A DNA stretch of 64,000 bases from Basidiobolus meristosporus CBS 931.73 (GCA_002104905.1 MCFE01000290.1:1-64000); one strand, 5' to 3'. Shown: positions 51,240 through 64,000, numbered from the stretch's first letter. Notes: a model not told the origin generated them from the letters alone. Numbers and translations: made by a program.

Positions 51240-51535
51240 TAGGAGCAGGGCTGATAATCAATCCCCCAGCACACCTTCCATCTCAAAGAAGCTTCGGTCA
51301 GGGTGCCAGCAAGGGCCCTGGACAGCCCGCCTCAAGGCGAAGCACCTGCTGGGTATGCACCGCCAGGGTTTCGCCGGCCCTGCCGTCCAAGCAGCTCGTA
51401 TAAGACAGCCAGCCTCGTTGACTACTCTTTGGTATAGTGCAGCGCGGCTAGTGGGTGGCAGTAAGCCAACAAAGCGTTGCACTGGGAATACAGTTATCTC
51501 GATTGTTCCGATAAACAACCGGATTACGAAGGATT
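51240..51535. ncRNA. Candidate structured non-coding RNA of about 290 nt (unidentified)
   Basis: GC-rich island with several hairpins enclosed by a long-range stem (51253..51273 with 51478..51498). No exact family motif confirmed. Confidence 0.3.
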
Positions 51536-52128
51536 ACTAGCGCGCTAATTAATAGCAGCAATGTCTGACAGATGTTTGCCTCAGTGCATCGCTGGCCCTC
51601 AAATCATAGCACAGTGCAGAGTGCAACAATAACTTACAATTATGGTTGTGTAACTAATTAGATTAATGCTTCAATCATCTTTCCCTCATGTTCTAGCCAG
51701 AGTTAATCCATCTTGCTAATCAGATGGGGAAGGCTCTCCTGATATATTCGTGATATCGCCTCAATAGCACATGTGTTCACACGCCCTTGGAAAGTATTGA
51801 GCCCAATGTCATACCGCACTTGATCTATACTACGATATATTCTAGACACCAAGTCTAACAATCGAGGCCAATCAGATGCTGTTCCAATTGTTTGCAGCCT
51901 GATGCAATTGTGCCTCTCGAGCATTAGAGATGCCCAGAAACACAAACTGATAGCAGTGGCCGACAAATATGGTGTATTATGAGGGCAATCCTCGCAGTGT
52001 TTATTTTAGTCACGTAGTATTCTACCAAAAACAAATATAAAACCTGATAACCTGTTGGGAACTATACAGTAGAGAAATAAATAAATAAATAATCAGCGGA
52101 GTAGATAGAAGCCTCGGCGATGTTGGGG

Positions 52129-52639
52129 CTATTCGATTGAGATGTCAGCACAGTTTACATAGGTTTCGCCGGTGAGTTCGGCGTACCAGAGAAAGCGAAG
52201 GGCACACTGCTCACAAGTGACACCTTCAGGGAGCTGAACCGATGTCTGGAACTCGCCGGAGACGTCGGCGCAATCCCAGCTTGCTAGTGTATCGAAATTC
52301 GAATCGAGATGGGTAGCCAGATCTATTTGGCAAGGCCCGCGATGAGCAGCACCAATTTCCCAGCCAATGGTTATCATCTCTCCCGAGGAATAGCGAGCGG
52401 TTGTAGGGCCAGGTGGGTTTCCTCCGCAGGGCATATGGCTATTGGGGCCACGGGTGAGGGAAAGGCCGACATTTCGATCTCCCGGTGGAATTCGGACCTC
52501 AGGAACTGTCTGATAAATTCAAGGTTATGATTGACGTGCTATGTATTAGTTGAGTAAACCAGCCTACCATGTGCCCATGGGCCATAACATTAGCAACAGC
52601 GAAGGCTAGCGACAGAGTGATTTTGAACATGGATTTCAT
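52129..52639 (-). CDS. Secreted histidine-brace, LPMO-like protein, 150 aa (exons 52568..52639 and 52129..52509)
   Basis: Signal MKSMFKITLSLAFAVANVMA followed by HGHM. A 58-nt GT-AG phase-0 intron; then TVPEVR...PCGG...AAHRGPC...CEQCALRFLWYAELTGETYVNCADISIE. Confidence 0.8.
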
Positions 52640-53322
52640 TGTTGAAACGATTATGAGCTGATTCAACTGTAACTACAACGCACGGGTATATATACTGATC
52701 CACCAAGACACGAGAATCTCCTGCTGAGCATTTCATCCTCCGATTGCATATCACCGACGGCGAATGCCAAGGAACGGTTAGACATGCATCCACAAATGGC
52801 TCAGAGGGTCGCCATGTTAATCAGTAGCATCATCAAGGCAATGATACTGCTTTTGAAAAATCCCTTGAGCTCTAATCCTGTATTGATGTGTATTCTGTGT
52901 AAAATACCGAGCAGAATATAACCCGTTGAAGCAGATCTAGTGCATCGGTGCATTTACTCGGCAGAGGGATTGCTGCTTTGGGTAGTCAAGTATCTGAACT
53001 TGAAGAGTTCATACATCCTCACAAAACCCCCGCCCGCCCTCCAGTTTCTGGGGCTACGTGCCGATGATTTCGAGGCACCATAGCAAGCAAGCTTGCAATA
53101 CTTCAACAGCCTGTTCAAGCATTAGGATTGGTTATATATGTGTCAAAAATCCTATAGGTCCCGAGCAAGATCTACCAGGAAATTTTATTAGCTCCATGAG
53201 AACCATTGGTGCTATTGTGTACTTTAGCCCAATAAAGTGTGTACCTCGATGGATGATTTCCTTCTCTCACCCGAAGTCCTCCGTCACGCATCAGTTGGAC
53301 TTTGTATTCCATTCATCTAAAA

Positions 53323-53849
53323 ATGGTCGGTATCAAGTGGATAGTGCATCTATACCTCAACTAAAATGACCGAGAAATTGATTAACAACAGCACCCAGCT
53401 AACTCGCCCTCTCGACTAGGCTAAAGTTAAGGCACACGAACTTCGCAACCAATCCAAAGAGGAGCTTAAAAAGCAACTCGACGAGTTAAAGCAGGAGCTC
53501 TCTTCTTTGAGAGTTCAAAAGGTTGCTGGTGGCGCCGCCTCAAAGTTGACTCGCATGTAAGTGATTGGGATATGCCTGGCTCAGATTACTGTTCTCATCA
53601 CCACTCTTCAGTAACGCTGTCCGCAAGTCTATTGCTCGCGTACTTACCGTTATCACTCAAACCGAGCGCCAAAACATTCGCCTTCTGTACAAACAAGAGA
53701 ACCGCAAGTACCTCCCTCTTGATCTTCGCTACAAGAAGACTCGTGCTATCCGTCGCCGCCTGACCAAGTTCGAGGCAACTCGCACCACCGTTAGACAGCA
53801 TAAGAAGAGCATTCACTTCCCTCAGAGAAAGTTCGCTGTCAAAGCTTAA
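53323..53849 (+). CDS. RPL35: 60S ribosomal protein L35 (uL29), 3 exons
   Basis: M|[38 protein letters not shown]...|...[12 protein letters not shown]...[17 protein letters not shown]...[10 protein letters not shown]. Confidence 0.96.
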
Positions 53850-54128
53850 CCATTCTTGTTTTATGAATTTTGTACCAATTCCTGATCAATAAATAGTAAA
53901 ATAACACACTAACCTATTCGTCACCTGTACTTAACTTCATACTAGAGATCAGAAATGGCACGAGATCCACTCAAAGCGGATGATTATTGTTTGGTCTGGG
54001 TTCCAAAATTACTTTGAAAACTCATGTTGTTCAGAACATATTTTAAAAATACGACGAATAATCATTCATCTTTGAATAACTTCTCCAGATTGCTCTTTTT
54101 CCTTGGATACTATTTAGCTACCTCATAG

Positions 54129-54971
54129 ATGTTGACGACTCCCGATGCACGAGAGCTTGAGTACAATTCTTTGGAGGTGATTGATCTTACTGAAATTCAT
54201 GACAACATCCAACCGAACCCCATTACCCAGCAAGTCATATGCCTTTCTGAGAGAGCACCATACGCAGCTCGGGACTCCACTGACCGCACCCTCATAGTTT
54301 TAAGTGATGAAGAAGCTGAGACTACTAGTATTGCGACAGTCACCGAAAACAACCGGAGCACTACCAATAGAGCCGGTAGGTGTTTTTGCCTTGATTCCTC
54401 CTGATCTCCAACGTTAAGTATTTCTTTGATAAAAGGTGCTAACACTATAGCTCCCTTCAGAAATTATATGAACGCTCCTGTATTTGATTATGATTTTATA
54501 CGGGATCTTCACATGGACGAAGCAAGTAGCGAAGGCTCTGTCTATTTCCCTAGCAGTGAATCGGACTTGGATCCGGAAGACGGTGACCTGCAGCCCTCTG
54601 AGTTCAATGGGTTCCCGGAGACCAATACTTCTCTGGTAACCGAAGGGGCCGCTCTTCCCGAACCGTTTTCAGATGGAAAACCCACGGAAGGTGGAGAGAA
54701 CAATATGGGCATTAAGTGCTCCATTTGCCTGGACAATCCTCAAAAACTGACCACCACAATTTGTGGTCATTTATTCTGTGATGAGTGTATCCACAGGTCT
54801 ATCAAAACACCAAGCAAAGCATGCCCTGTATGCCGAAAGCCATTAACTCTGAAGAAGATGAGGATCTTGCAACTTCGTGTCCTGCCGACTGCCAAAGGTC
54901 AATTATCAAGAAGAAAACGGAGCACTTCCGAAGAAAGCGAAAGCAAAAAGAGAATGAAATCTGCTAGTTGA
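54129..54971 (+). CDS. SIM-containing C3HC4 RING E3 ligase (RNF4/Slx8/Rfp1-like SUMO-targeted ligase); 5' end uncertain
   Basis: SIM-like EVIDLT, VICLS, LIVLSD with acidic flanks; RING CSICLD...CGHLFCDECI...CPVCR; basic C-terminal NLS-like tail; one intron near 54380-54430. Confidence 0.8.
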
Positions 54972-56598
54972 CTTTCCCGATTGGCATATAGAGTAATTTT
55001 TACTAGCATTCACTAGATTAGTTGCTTCGGCCACTGTATATAATCCTGGGCTCTCAGTCAACGTCTATTCCCAAAAAACCTTCACAATTCTCTTGTCCTC
55101 TACAAGCTCTGTATATTATGACACACTTTCCTGGGAAGTAGATTAATCCTCATTAAACACACTCATCACCGATAACCCTGTCTGAACCCATCTCCCTTCC
55201 TAACCGCTCTTTCAAGTTATTCTGTATCGGTTGGTTATATTTTGCCAAATAAACCAAACACTGATAACTATGGTCTAGCATTCAAAGAGGGTATGGGTGT
55301 TTCTGTCGACGGTTCAGATAGGGAAACCAGAGAGGAAGGTTAAGCAAGGATACTACCAGGTAGTATACATATGACCGACAAGGACTGAATACTCTTCGTA
55401 TGAAATGGCAAATATTTAGAACCACGAAGGAATGGGTAAGGTGCAGATGCTAAATAGTAGTGTTGTGTTGACACTAGATCCGTAAGTGGCTTAAATGAAT
55501 GGAATCTGGTAAACTTTATATCTATAAAATGGCCTGGCTTTTGATCCTTGATCTTCTGTACCAAGCCCACCTTTAAGGACTTGTAGTTAGATCGTCTATT
55601 TGATCAACAGGATACTTCGGTCGCACTGACAATTACTAACATCTCATTTGCCTAGCATTCAGATATAGTCTAATAATTTTCGCCATACCAATTCAATATT
55701 CTAAGTATGTTGAAGATGCTCAGTGCTAGCATCTTCCGCCAGAGAATAGATGTTCTCTATCGAACAAGGATACACTAATCTGCGCAACTTATTCACGTGC
55801 TCAGCCAGGCTAAGCGATATATAAACTAGTCTGATACAGAGTAGATCAGAGCACTACTGTGGGCCTGTCTGACAGGGCTTAACGCTCCAGGGGTAAACAT
55901 GGATTGTATCACTTAAAGTTAGGCCATTACTCCACTGAAAGATCTATAACGTTCCAAAACCAACCTCAGGATCCCATTGAGAGAAAACTGCAGTGAAAAT
56001 ATCCTAGCGATCATTCCTTCATTTGGACAACTGATAATTACCAGCGAATGAGACCGCTACTTAATCGCTTTCCTCTAAATTAGGTGATACATAATTTCAT
56101 CATTCGAGCCGTGATTGGCTTTTCTCCATATATACATGTACATATTTCGAAGTTCACAGAAATAATGAAGTCCCAGTATATCATTCATGTTGGTGTCTGA
56201 ATATCGCCAGTTTACCTTTTGCAATAGCAATATATTACCTATCCAGCCTTAATGTGTAGCTTTAAACCCATTAATATCTACTGTGTGCAAACCAGTTGTA
56301 TTGAGGTTGGGTCCTAATCTTTAATTATTTTCATCCCATATCTTGAGCTTTTTTGCATTTTTCAGCTTGGTAGTTCTTTGTTCTTTCTTGTTGCCTGTAG
56401 ACCAAATACCCATTCTCGTATCTAATTTTTATCGCTGGAGAGTACTATCAATTCTCGAGACTCGCCTCTTGGAGGTCCTTGGCTAACTCATATCTAGACG
56501 CTTTAACATACTGGGTCCGTTATCCCTGATCATTCACTTGGTGAAGTATGTCAATGTAAACTATTCGTAGGATAGTAACATTCGCAGCAAATACTACG

Positions 56599-59500
56599 AT
56601 GAATGGCCAATACAACAATCGATATAGCTGCCCAGTATTCAATAAGGAGCTCAAACAAGAGTTAAGAGAGGATCTGCCAAGCAAAGCAGGTGTAGAATGC
56701 GCCTCTACCGTTAGTGTAAGCGGTTTCTCAACTCCAGAGCAATCCAGAACGGCAGCCTCGACTTCAGAACAACCTTCATTCCCCACCAATCTACCATATC
56801 CACCTGATACTCGACCACCAAACCTATTGCTGGTAAAGCCTCACAAGCGCAAAGAACGCTCCCTCGTACTCAACCGGGCCCACCAAAATCAAAGCAAGAA
56901 GGAGAATACATTTTCACTCCGGCGTGAAGGAATGTACTCATCTTCAGATTCAGAGATGGAGAGCCAGCCAGTGCAATCCCCCATCTCGCCCTCACCATGC
57001 GTGAATCCCAAAAGGAACAAGATACTACGAAATCGGCCTCGACCTATCCCGCTCACCATCACAACCACAACCAGAAGTTTCTCTGACGCGCCAAAATCGG
57101 GAACGTTCGCTAAACGCTGGCGAAAAGATGTTCAATCACCGCCTGGAACCCCAACAAAGCGGAATTTTGCCGTCAGGTATGTTCAATGGGAGCACCGACA
57201 GCTGTGTATGATTATCAACCAAAGTAGCTGATGTTTTTTGCCATATTTCAAGGAGTCCAAGAGCCAAGCTCAAACTCACTCCCAAAAGCAGCATGACCCA
57301 CTCAAGCCAGCCCAAAAAATCCCATTATCCCCCGAATTCCCCAGTCACCAGTACCTTCAGTTACGATGCAACCCCTACTCCTCAGCATGTACGACGCCGA
57401 CATAATTCCATGGTGATGCCACATACAAAGGAGTATGAGAGATTGGCGAACCTGTTTGGATGGCGAGGGGAGGAGATCAAACAAAGCAAATGGGAATTCA
57501 TCAGTTCACCGGCGTACGATGATCAAGAGGCCAGGGCAAAGCTACGAGTGGTGAATCCGTGGCGTAAGCCCTCCAAAAGGTAAGCAATCAATCATCTTCA
57601 ACTGCACCAACCCGGGGTTAATCGGGCTCTATTTACTAGCTCGCTGAAGGAAAGAATATTCATCCCAAGCAGCGGGCATGAGATTGATGATGATGATGAT
57701 CAATCAGAGCGAAAAATATCGATATCGTTCACTCAATTCGATAGGATTCCCCAAAGGTTCGACGTGGCATCTCCGCGATCTGCCACATCTACCATCAGAC
57801 ACCTGTGCCGACTATCATTTGGTGAGGATGATCTGGATCCCACCATCTTCGATTCCATTATGTCTGGTAATGGCCCTGCGTTGATCGTATGGTCGGAGGA
57901 GAGCCCGCCCTCAGCACCGCCAAGCAAGAAAGCACTTAGGCGCCGATTTAGCTCTGGAAATAAATCGCACGGATTACTGGCGCCCCTCGATGTGCGCAAA
58001 ACAATCATGTTTGCCACCATTGAAAAGCTGATCGAAAGCATGACCATCGATATCGACTACAGCCTTTTGACCGACTTCTTCTTGACCTACCGTTCGTTCG
58101 CCTCACCCCTGAAGCTCTGCCGTTTGCTCATTCTGAGATATCAGTGGGCGTTGCTTGATGACACCCAAGACAGATGGGTGGTACGCATCCGATTGTTCGT
58201 GGTACTGCGGCACTGGGTAGTGAACTATTTTTCCTTGGATTTTCTCCCATCCAGGGAGTTGCGCGAGACGCTGGCCAAGTATCTGCTAAGCCTGACCACC
58301 TCATCCCCGGTATTGCGCTCACCAAGGGATCAGCGGGTTGTATTCAGTTTGCTTAGAATCATGCGCAGCCTGACAATCTATTATCGCTATGGGGTGCCGC
58401 CAGCTGACGAAGGCAGCGTGACATTCGTTGCCGAAGGGATCGAGGAGGCTCGTGATGAATTCTGGGGGGTTCAGATCCCGGAAGAGGAGGAGCTGGTGAT
58501 TCAGGTAGAGCCTGATTCATCCAACAAGGATTCTCAGAACACGTGCCAGGCCGAGAATTTGAAGCCAAGAAAAACCGACGACTCGATGCTGAGCGAGGCG
58601 CACACAAGAGAGGACGGAAGCCCCTTGCTTCGATTCGTGTTGCTCTCGCAACAAAAGCAAAACGAGGTCGAGACCGACAAATCGAGGAAGTTGATGATCA
58701 AGCGGTTCTCCTCTGCTAGCCTAAACAAAATGCGTTCCGCTTTGAAGGGGAGCACGAAGCTGGGCAAGGATGCCGCTGTTGTCACCCCCCAGAAGGAAAA
58801 CAGGCCGGGGCCATTTTCGTACGACGATTTGAAGTTCTCCACCACACCAGCAGGCAACCACACACCGGAGCGTACGTCACCACATTCCCGCGACGACACT
58901 GCCCGGAAATTCAACATCAACTTTCTCTCTACGCTTCGACGTCGTAAAAATCGCAGCTCCACGAGTTCTGCATCAACACCTGACTTATCTACAGCCGTCT
59001 CACTTAATTCTTCGGCCAACTCGACCCCTTACTCGTCCCTCTCTGCCTCTACTGTGCAGTCCAGAATATCTGTGGAGTCGCTGTTTGAGTACTTGCCGGT
59101 CGGGAATTCCTACGAATCCCTTGGACAGGTCCAAAATGGCTCAGAGAGCTACAAAATGCATCATGACAACAGTGATGGCGCATCAGTGATCGTTCACAAT
59201 TTCGAGAGCGGATGCCAATCCACACCCGAGAGACGCTCCGCAGAGTCCACAAATGCCAACGTGCCGCGACAAAAATGCCAATCTGCGCCACCCACTGCTA
59301 CACAGCTTCCACCGCCGTTGCCGAAAGATACGCGATCCAAGAAGAGAGTCTCCCTGCCTCCGAAAGGGAGCTCGCATACCGTGGAGCCCAAGCCGGAGAA
59401 GCTTACTATACGAAGATCTGTTTCCTCTTACATTTCCAGGAACAAAACCACTTCGTCAGCCAAGCTGCACACCTATCCAAAAGCGAACCCATCCTCAGCG

Positions 59501-60926
59501 GATGTGACGAGAGCCTTTGTCACGAACACAATAGGTAAGTTCACTCGTGTACGACGTGCCGTCCACGAGAACTTCAAGCACAAGAAGGAGGATGATACGG
59601 ATTCGGAAGAGGTCGAATGTGCAGGCTGCGACTACTGTCGTGAATACACCCCATTTCCAAACTCTGCCCAGACATCGCCACAGATGGCATCGAATGTCAG
59701 CGAACACCCAGAAGTCACTCCAGGCTGCCAGTCCTCCCCCGGGGAATATTCACTAGGTCATTCCTACATGTCAAACAACAGCTCCTTTGGTTCGCCGAAC
59801 TCTGGCGACGAGGTTGATTATGGTCATACCATAGATCCCACGTCTACCCCAGGCATGACCCATGGCTTGAGTGGCAATGCAAGGGTGGCGGTTGGTGCCC
59901 ATTCGACTTCTCCAAAGAATGCTGCAAGCCACACGGGGCATCACGCGCTGCCGAAGCGACAACCAAAGTCGTTTATCTTAAAATACAGATCGGAAGTTCT
60001 CGCCCAGCATTTCACTATTATTGAGCGGGACGTGTTTCATGGCGTTGTCTGGGAGGAGTTGATCAAATGGACCAAGAACGCTGGCCAAGACAAATCCATC
60101 CGTGGGATCCAAAACTTGATCGAGCGCTTTAACCAGGTTAGTTCTTTCTCGCGCTAAACAACCATCCTTCTGGTGCTCAGTCCATCTTTGTCCTTGTAGA
60201 CCTGCCAATGGGTTGTCTCGGAAATCGTGTCAACCAAGGATATCTCCGTCAGGGTCAAGGTGATTGAAAAGTTCATCCGAGTTGCCTTGGTGGGTTCAGT
60301 TAGTGCGAACTGTTCTCTCCAACTATCATGCTAACCACGCTTTCATCGGCTAGAAATGTTACCAGTATCGAAATTTCGCCACTGTTACGCAACTGACGCT
60401 AGGCCTTCAGAATCCAGTAGTGGATCGCCTGCACAAGACTTGGTCCCGTGTGGGTCTTTACGAGCTGCGGCTGCTTGCAGACCTGGAGAGGTTCACTCAG
60501 CCATTCAAGAACTGGAAGAATATCCGTGAGGCCATGGACATCATAAGTGAAGATTGGGGTGGGGACGGCGGTGAGGAGCCTGCGCTTGGTCCAGAGTCAT
60601 CATCCAGCTCGGTGATAGGGGGCTGTATACCATTTCTTGGCCTATTTCTATCCGATTTAGTTTACAATTCCGAGCTACCATCCACCGTGGAGCCTGAATA
60701 CACCGACCAGGAAAGTGCCCAAGAGTACCAGAATGCAGAGATTCAGCTGATCAATTTCCACAAGTTTCGCACCTGTGCCAAGATCATCAAAAGAGTTCTT
60801 GCTTTTCAGACGCTGGCTCAGAAGTATCATTTTCAGCCAGAGGTTGCTATATACTCGAAGTGCCTAAACCTCCACTGTCTGGATAATGTCACTGTCCGTG
60901 TACTAAGCTCCGAATGCGAGCCTTAG
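56599..60926 (+). CDS. Ras guanine-nucleotide exchange factor (REM plus CDC25 domains with long disordered insert, Lte1-like layout), multi-exon
   Basis: ORFs 56599, 57293, 57764 and 60420 join in frame via GT-AG introns. REM (FATIEKLIESMT...TDFFLTYRSF...VLRHWVVNYFSLDF) and CDC25 (LAQHFTIIERDVF...NFAT...GCIPFLGLFLSDL...INFHKFR). Confidence 0.85.
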
Positions 60927-61915
60927 ATCTATTTCAACCACGGTAGGGTTGTTCGAGGTATCCCGTAGCTATCTAGCTCCTCAGTTTAGACGCTGCAGTC
61001 AGAAGGCTTTTCCACTTCAACTTAATCCGCCCTTGTTGTCCCAATTCGCTGTAGAATGTTGAGTCGTTATTTCATACGCCGTGTAATATAGTGCCTTTTC
61101 CAAATCTAATAATCCCAAGGGTTTCCAATGTAATCCTTAGGTCACTACTAATGATGAGTATGGGTGCCGATCTCATTGTGCATCTCGTGGCACATGCCGT
61201 AGCCTTGCTGGCGGCTCGAGTCCGATGGGATAGGTATCTCTAGAAATAAAATTAGATCACTACTCTACGCAAATCGCTTTGAATATGTGATGATGGAATA
61301 CCAGATATTATGGAGATCTCATCATAGAAAATAGAGTTGGTGTTCGTATGGTATCTAGGTCAAACAGACAACATTGCGTTGTTTCAGCCAACTTGTTGTC
61401 AGGGAGTTTGATGAGAGGTTGAGTCTTTAGCGTGCGCCCAACTGGTCAGCGTGAATATATTAACTAGCCCTAAGATTGGTCCAACTTTGGTATCTTGCTT
61501 AGAGAGTAAGCTGAGAGCAAGTACTAGTTAGGTCATGGATCACCTGATATGGCCCATTTGCTCTTTATGCACGTGTCTGAGCCTGGATTGACTGCTTTTA
61601 CCCAGCACTCACTGATACTTCTTTGATCACTTGTTGATGCTTCTCTGATTCAGATTCGATGGCGTTTCTCGGGTAACCGCTCTTTACGACAGCAGTTACA
61701 AAACATACCGGTTGTTGATAATGGCATGGCTGAGCCCTTCGAAATCGGGCCAATAGTCGATGCGGTGAATATGAAGGGCCATCCATTTTCACAGCTGGCA
61801 TCCATAGCATACTAAATACTTTGCTAGCAGCTTGAGGATCTGCCAAGATATAAAGGTGGCGAATCTATTCGCATCTTATATCATTGTATCCAGCCCTCAG
61901 ATCCTTAACAACAAC

Positions 61916-62452
61916 ATGATCTCCAGGAATACCTCGGTGATGCTAGCTATCAAGATCGTTGCCGTTCTCTGCTATACCCTCTTCGCGTTAGGCCAGACAC
62001 CCCAATCTGCCCTTCCAGATACTGCTGAATGTAACTCGTGTATTGCTAATCTGGCCTCAGGTTGCTCCACTTTGTTGGGCCAAAGCTCTGTCGAGGCGAA
62101 CACCAAATGCGCCTGTACCTCCGCTTTCGTAAACAACTTCGCCAACTGCGGAGTGTGTTCGCAGCAATTCGGTGGATACACAGATATTCAAATACCAACT
62201 GATGCGGATAAAGCGGAGTACATTCAAAGCTGTGCGAACGACGGCTTTCCTATTGAAGGAGTAGTATCTTCCTCTTCAACTGTAGTAACTTCCAATACGC
62301 CTACATCATTGCCTCAGCAATCGCAGCCTACTAATGTGCCAACTACGTCCCCCCAACCTAAATCGGAGGGTGGTTATAGTACCTCGGTTGGGTTGATTCA
62401 GACTTGCATGGGGATGCTGGCGTTGGGTGCCATTGCCATGGAGCATCCTTAA
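61916..62452 (+). CDS. Secreted 8-Cys (CFEM-like spacing), Ser/Thr/Pro-rich, probable GPI-anchored protein
   Basis: Signal peptide, CxxC...C...CxC...CxxC...C domain, S/T/P stalk, hydrophobic C-terminus (SEGG...LIQTCMGMLALGAIAM). Confidence 0.75.
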   Translation: MISRNTSVMLAIKIVAVLCYTLFALGQTPQSALPDTAECNSCIANLASGCSTLLGQSSVEANTKCACTSAFVNNFANCGVCSQQFGGYTDIQIPTDADKAEYIQSCANDGFPIEGVVSSSSTVVTSNTPTSLPQQSQPTNVPTTSPQPKSEGGYSTSVGLIQTCMGMLALGAIAMEHP

Positions 62453-62896
62453 CACTGAATATGGAATGAATGCCAGATAGCTATCCCGAATGTTTGCATG
62501 ACAATTTCAATTATGTAAACCGTACCAAACAAACAATAAATGGAACCATAGGTTTAAGCCATCTTTCGACGAGCTGCGTAGCTCCCCTCAATATAATGCC
62601 GCCGAAAAGTAAATTGTGTGGTGGGATAACTAGCCAGGCTTCATGTCAGCATGCTCGTCGAGGTCAACATAGTATGGTTACGTTGCCATCCGAAATTGGT
62701 AGATAGCCTCGACCCCACCAAGTTTCATGTGTTATGCGCCGAGCTTTCTTCAGGCGTCATTACTATCTCCATATACGAATACGCCAATCTCAGCAATATA
62801 TCAATAGAATACACAGAAATAGCAGAATTATAGTATCCAATACTCCAAGAGAAGCCCTCACTTCAAGGCCTAGAAACTAAGTGACTCCTTACATCG

Positions 62897-64000
62897 GTTA
62901 TGGATCACCATATCTGAAACAAATGTAAGCTATTTCTTTTCCAAAGCACTACCAATTGTGCACAACACAGGCCTGAATACAATTGCCTATACCTGATTGG
63001 CCTCCATAAAACCTGGGAATGCTGTGATAGTGATGGCATGTAGCTATTTATACCTTATATATGCTGATGAACTACCTTTGCAGGTGTGTGCAGAATATCT
63101 GGGATGTTCAGAGTGTCACAGGGTACAATGGATGCTGCAATAGAATTAAGAGAAGGTCACAGTGGATATGGATGCAGTGGTATCCTTAGAGGAGGCTTTT
63201 GCCACAACTTTGTGGTCAGATAAGAAAGTATCAGAGGTGTTGGAAGTGATTTGGGAGACTCATAGAGTTACAAGCTACCCACATACTCTATGGGAAATAA
63301 CTGAGTTGGTCTCATCAAAAGGCCATCACAAGATTTAAATCTTGTAGCCAAGAGGTATGGATGCCATCAGAACACTGTGTAAAAACTGTTAGAACAAGAT
63401 TGCACCCTGTATCCCCAAAAAAATTAAGTTAAAATTTTTCATCTCAATGGCTCCCAAGTTACTTTTGATTGGTTCTCTGCCATTGTACCCACTTACTGAT
63501 CCTGCCCACTCAATCATCTCCTATGTTTGTGTACATTGACTGGCTATTGCCTTTTTCACACTTCTTACCTCCTAACTCAACTGGTGCTCTTTCTTTTCAT
63601 GCATTCAAATTGGCTTACATCTGTTGAATTTTCAGATGTGACTCACTTGTAATATATATTGACATATATAAGTCCCAATACTCAGCACTAACATTAAGCC
63701 CAACCACACACTCAGCAAGTAACTACATTAGAATCCACCATTCAATCAGTATTTCTGCTGTAACACCATTTTTCCATGACTTTGGCCAGAAACCTGTGGC
63801 TTTACATCATAGTTCATTCCCTGATTCCCATACATCCTTGCAATATTCAAATGCATTTTCTTGAGCACAGCTCTTGAAGAAATGCTGTAACCTCTTGGTG
63901 TGCCTATTAATGTTTCAAAATTCCTCTGTAGGTATTTTGTTAATCCTCTAATTTCTTGATATTCTGCATTGTCTGTCAGAGGGATCTCTACTCTATTTAC
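62897..64000. mobile_element. CpG-free decayed sequence, probably a repeat or transposon relic (runs off window end)
   Basis: No CG dinucleotide seen by eye in about 1.1 kb despite abundant C and G; TG/CA-rich; reading frames broken by stops. Confidence 0.35.

Noticed and set aside
51290-51385. Hammerhead-like pieces on the minus strand (GGCGAAAC, CTGACCGA, CCCTGG/CCAGGG)
   Set aside because: The core is CUGACCGA rather than CUGANGA, there is no NUH at the cleavage position, and stem II does not form.
51028-51540. 170-aa plus-strand ORF
   Set aside because: TTG start, no recognisable domain; it overlaps the structured GC-rich island and is probably incidental.

Overview
Eukaryotic (fungal) DNA with short GT-AG introns of about 50-75 nt. 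An early-diverging lineage such as Basidiobolus is plausible, but that is inference only. Left third: a minus-strand secondary-metabolite locus. It holds one giant three-exon NRPS (25886->2128, about 7,872 aa; C*-A-T-E-C-A-T-C-A-T-C-A-T-C-A-T-E-C-A-T-E-TE; six modules, three epimerases, terminal thioesterase), followed about 600 bp downstream by a co-oriented intronless GT4 glycosyltransferase. Modules 3-5 are built from near-identical repeats of 3,261-bp period that omit the adenylation substrate-pocket segment, which looks like natural subdomain swapping or gene conversion. About 26-32.5 kb has no recognisable genes and includes a CpG-free relic. From 32.5 to 62.5 kb are mostly housekeeping genes: V-ATPase c', NTF2-RRM/G3BP, TPT1, PSI-domain membrane protein, APD1-like ferredoxin, GFA1, RPL35, SIM-RING ligase, RasGEF and a GPI-type Cys-rich protein. 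This region also has a minimal secreted histidine-brace LPMO-like gene and a GC-rich structured non-coding island. The last 1.1 kb is a second CpG-free relic.
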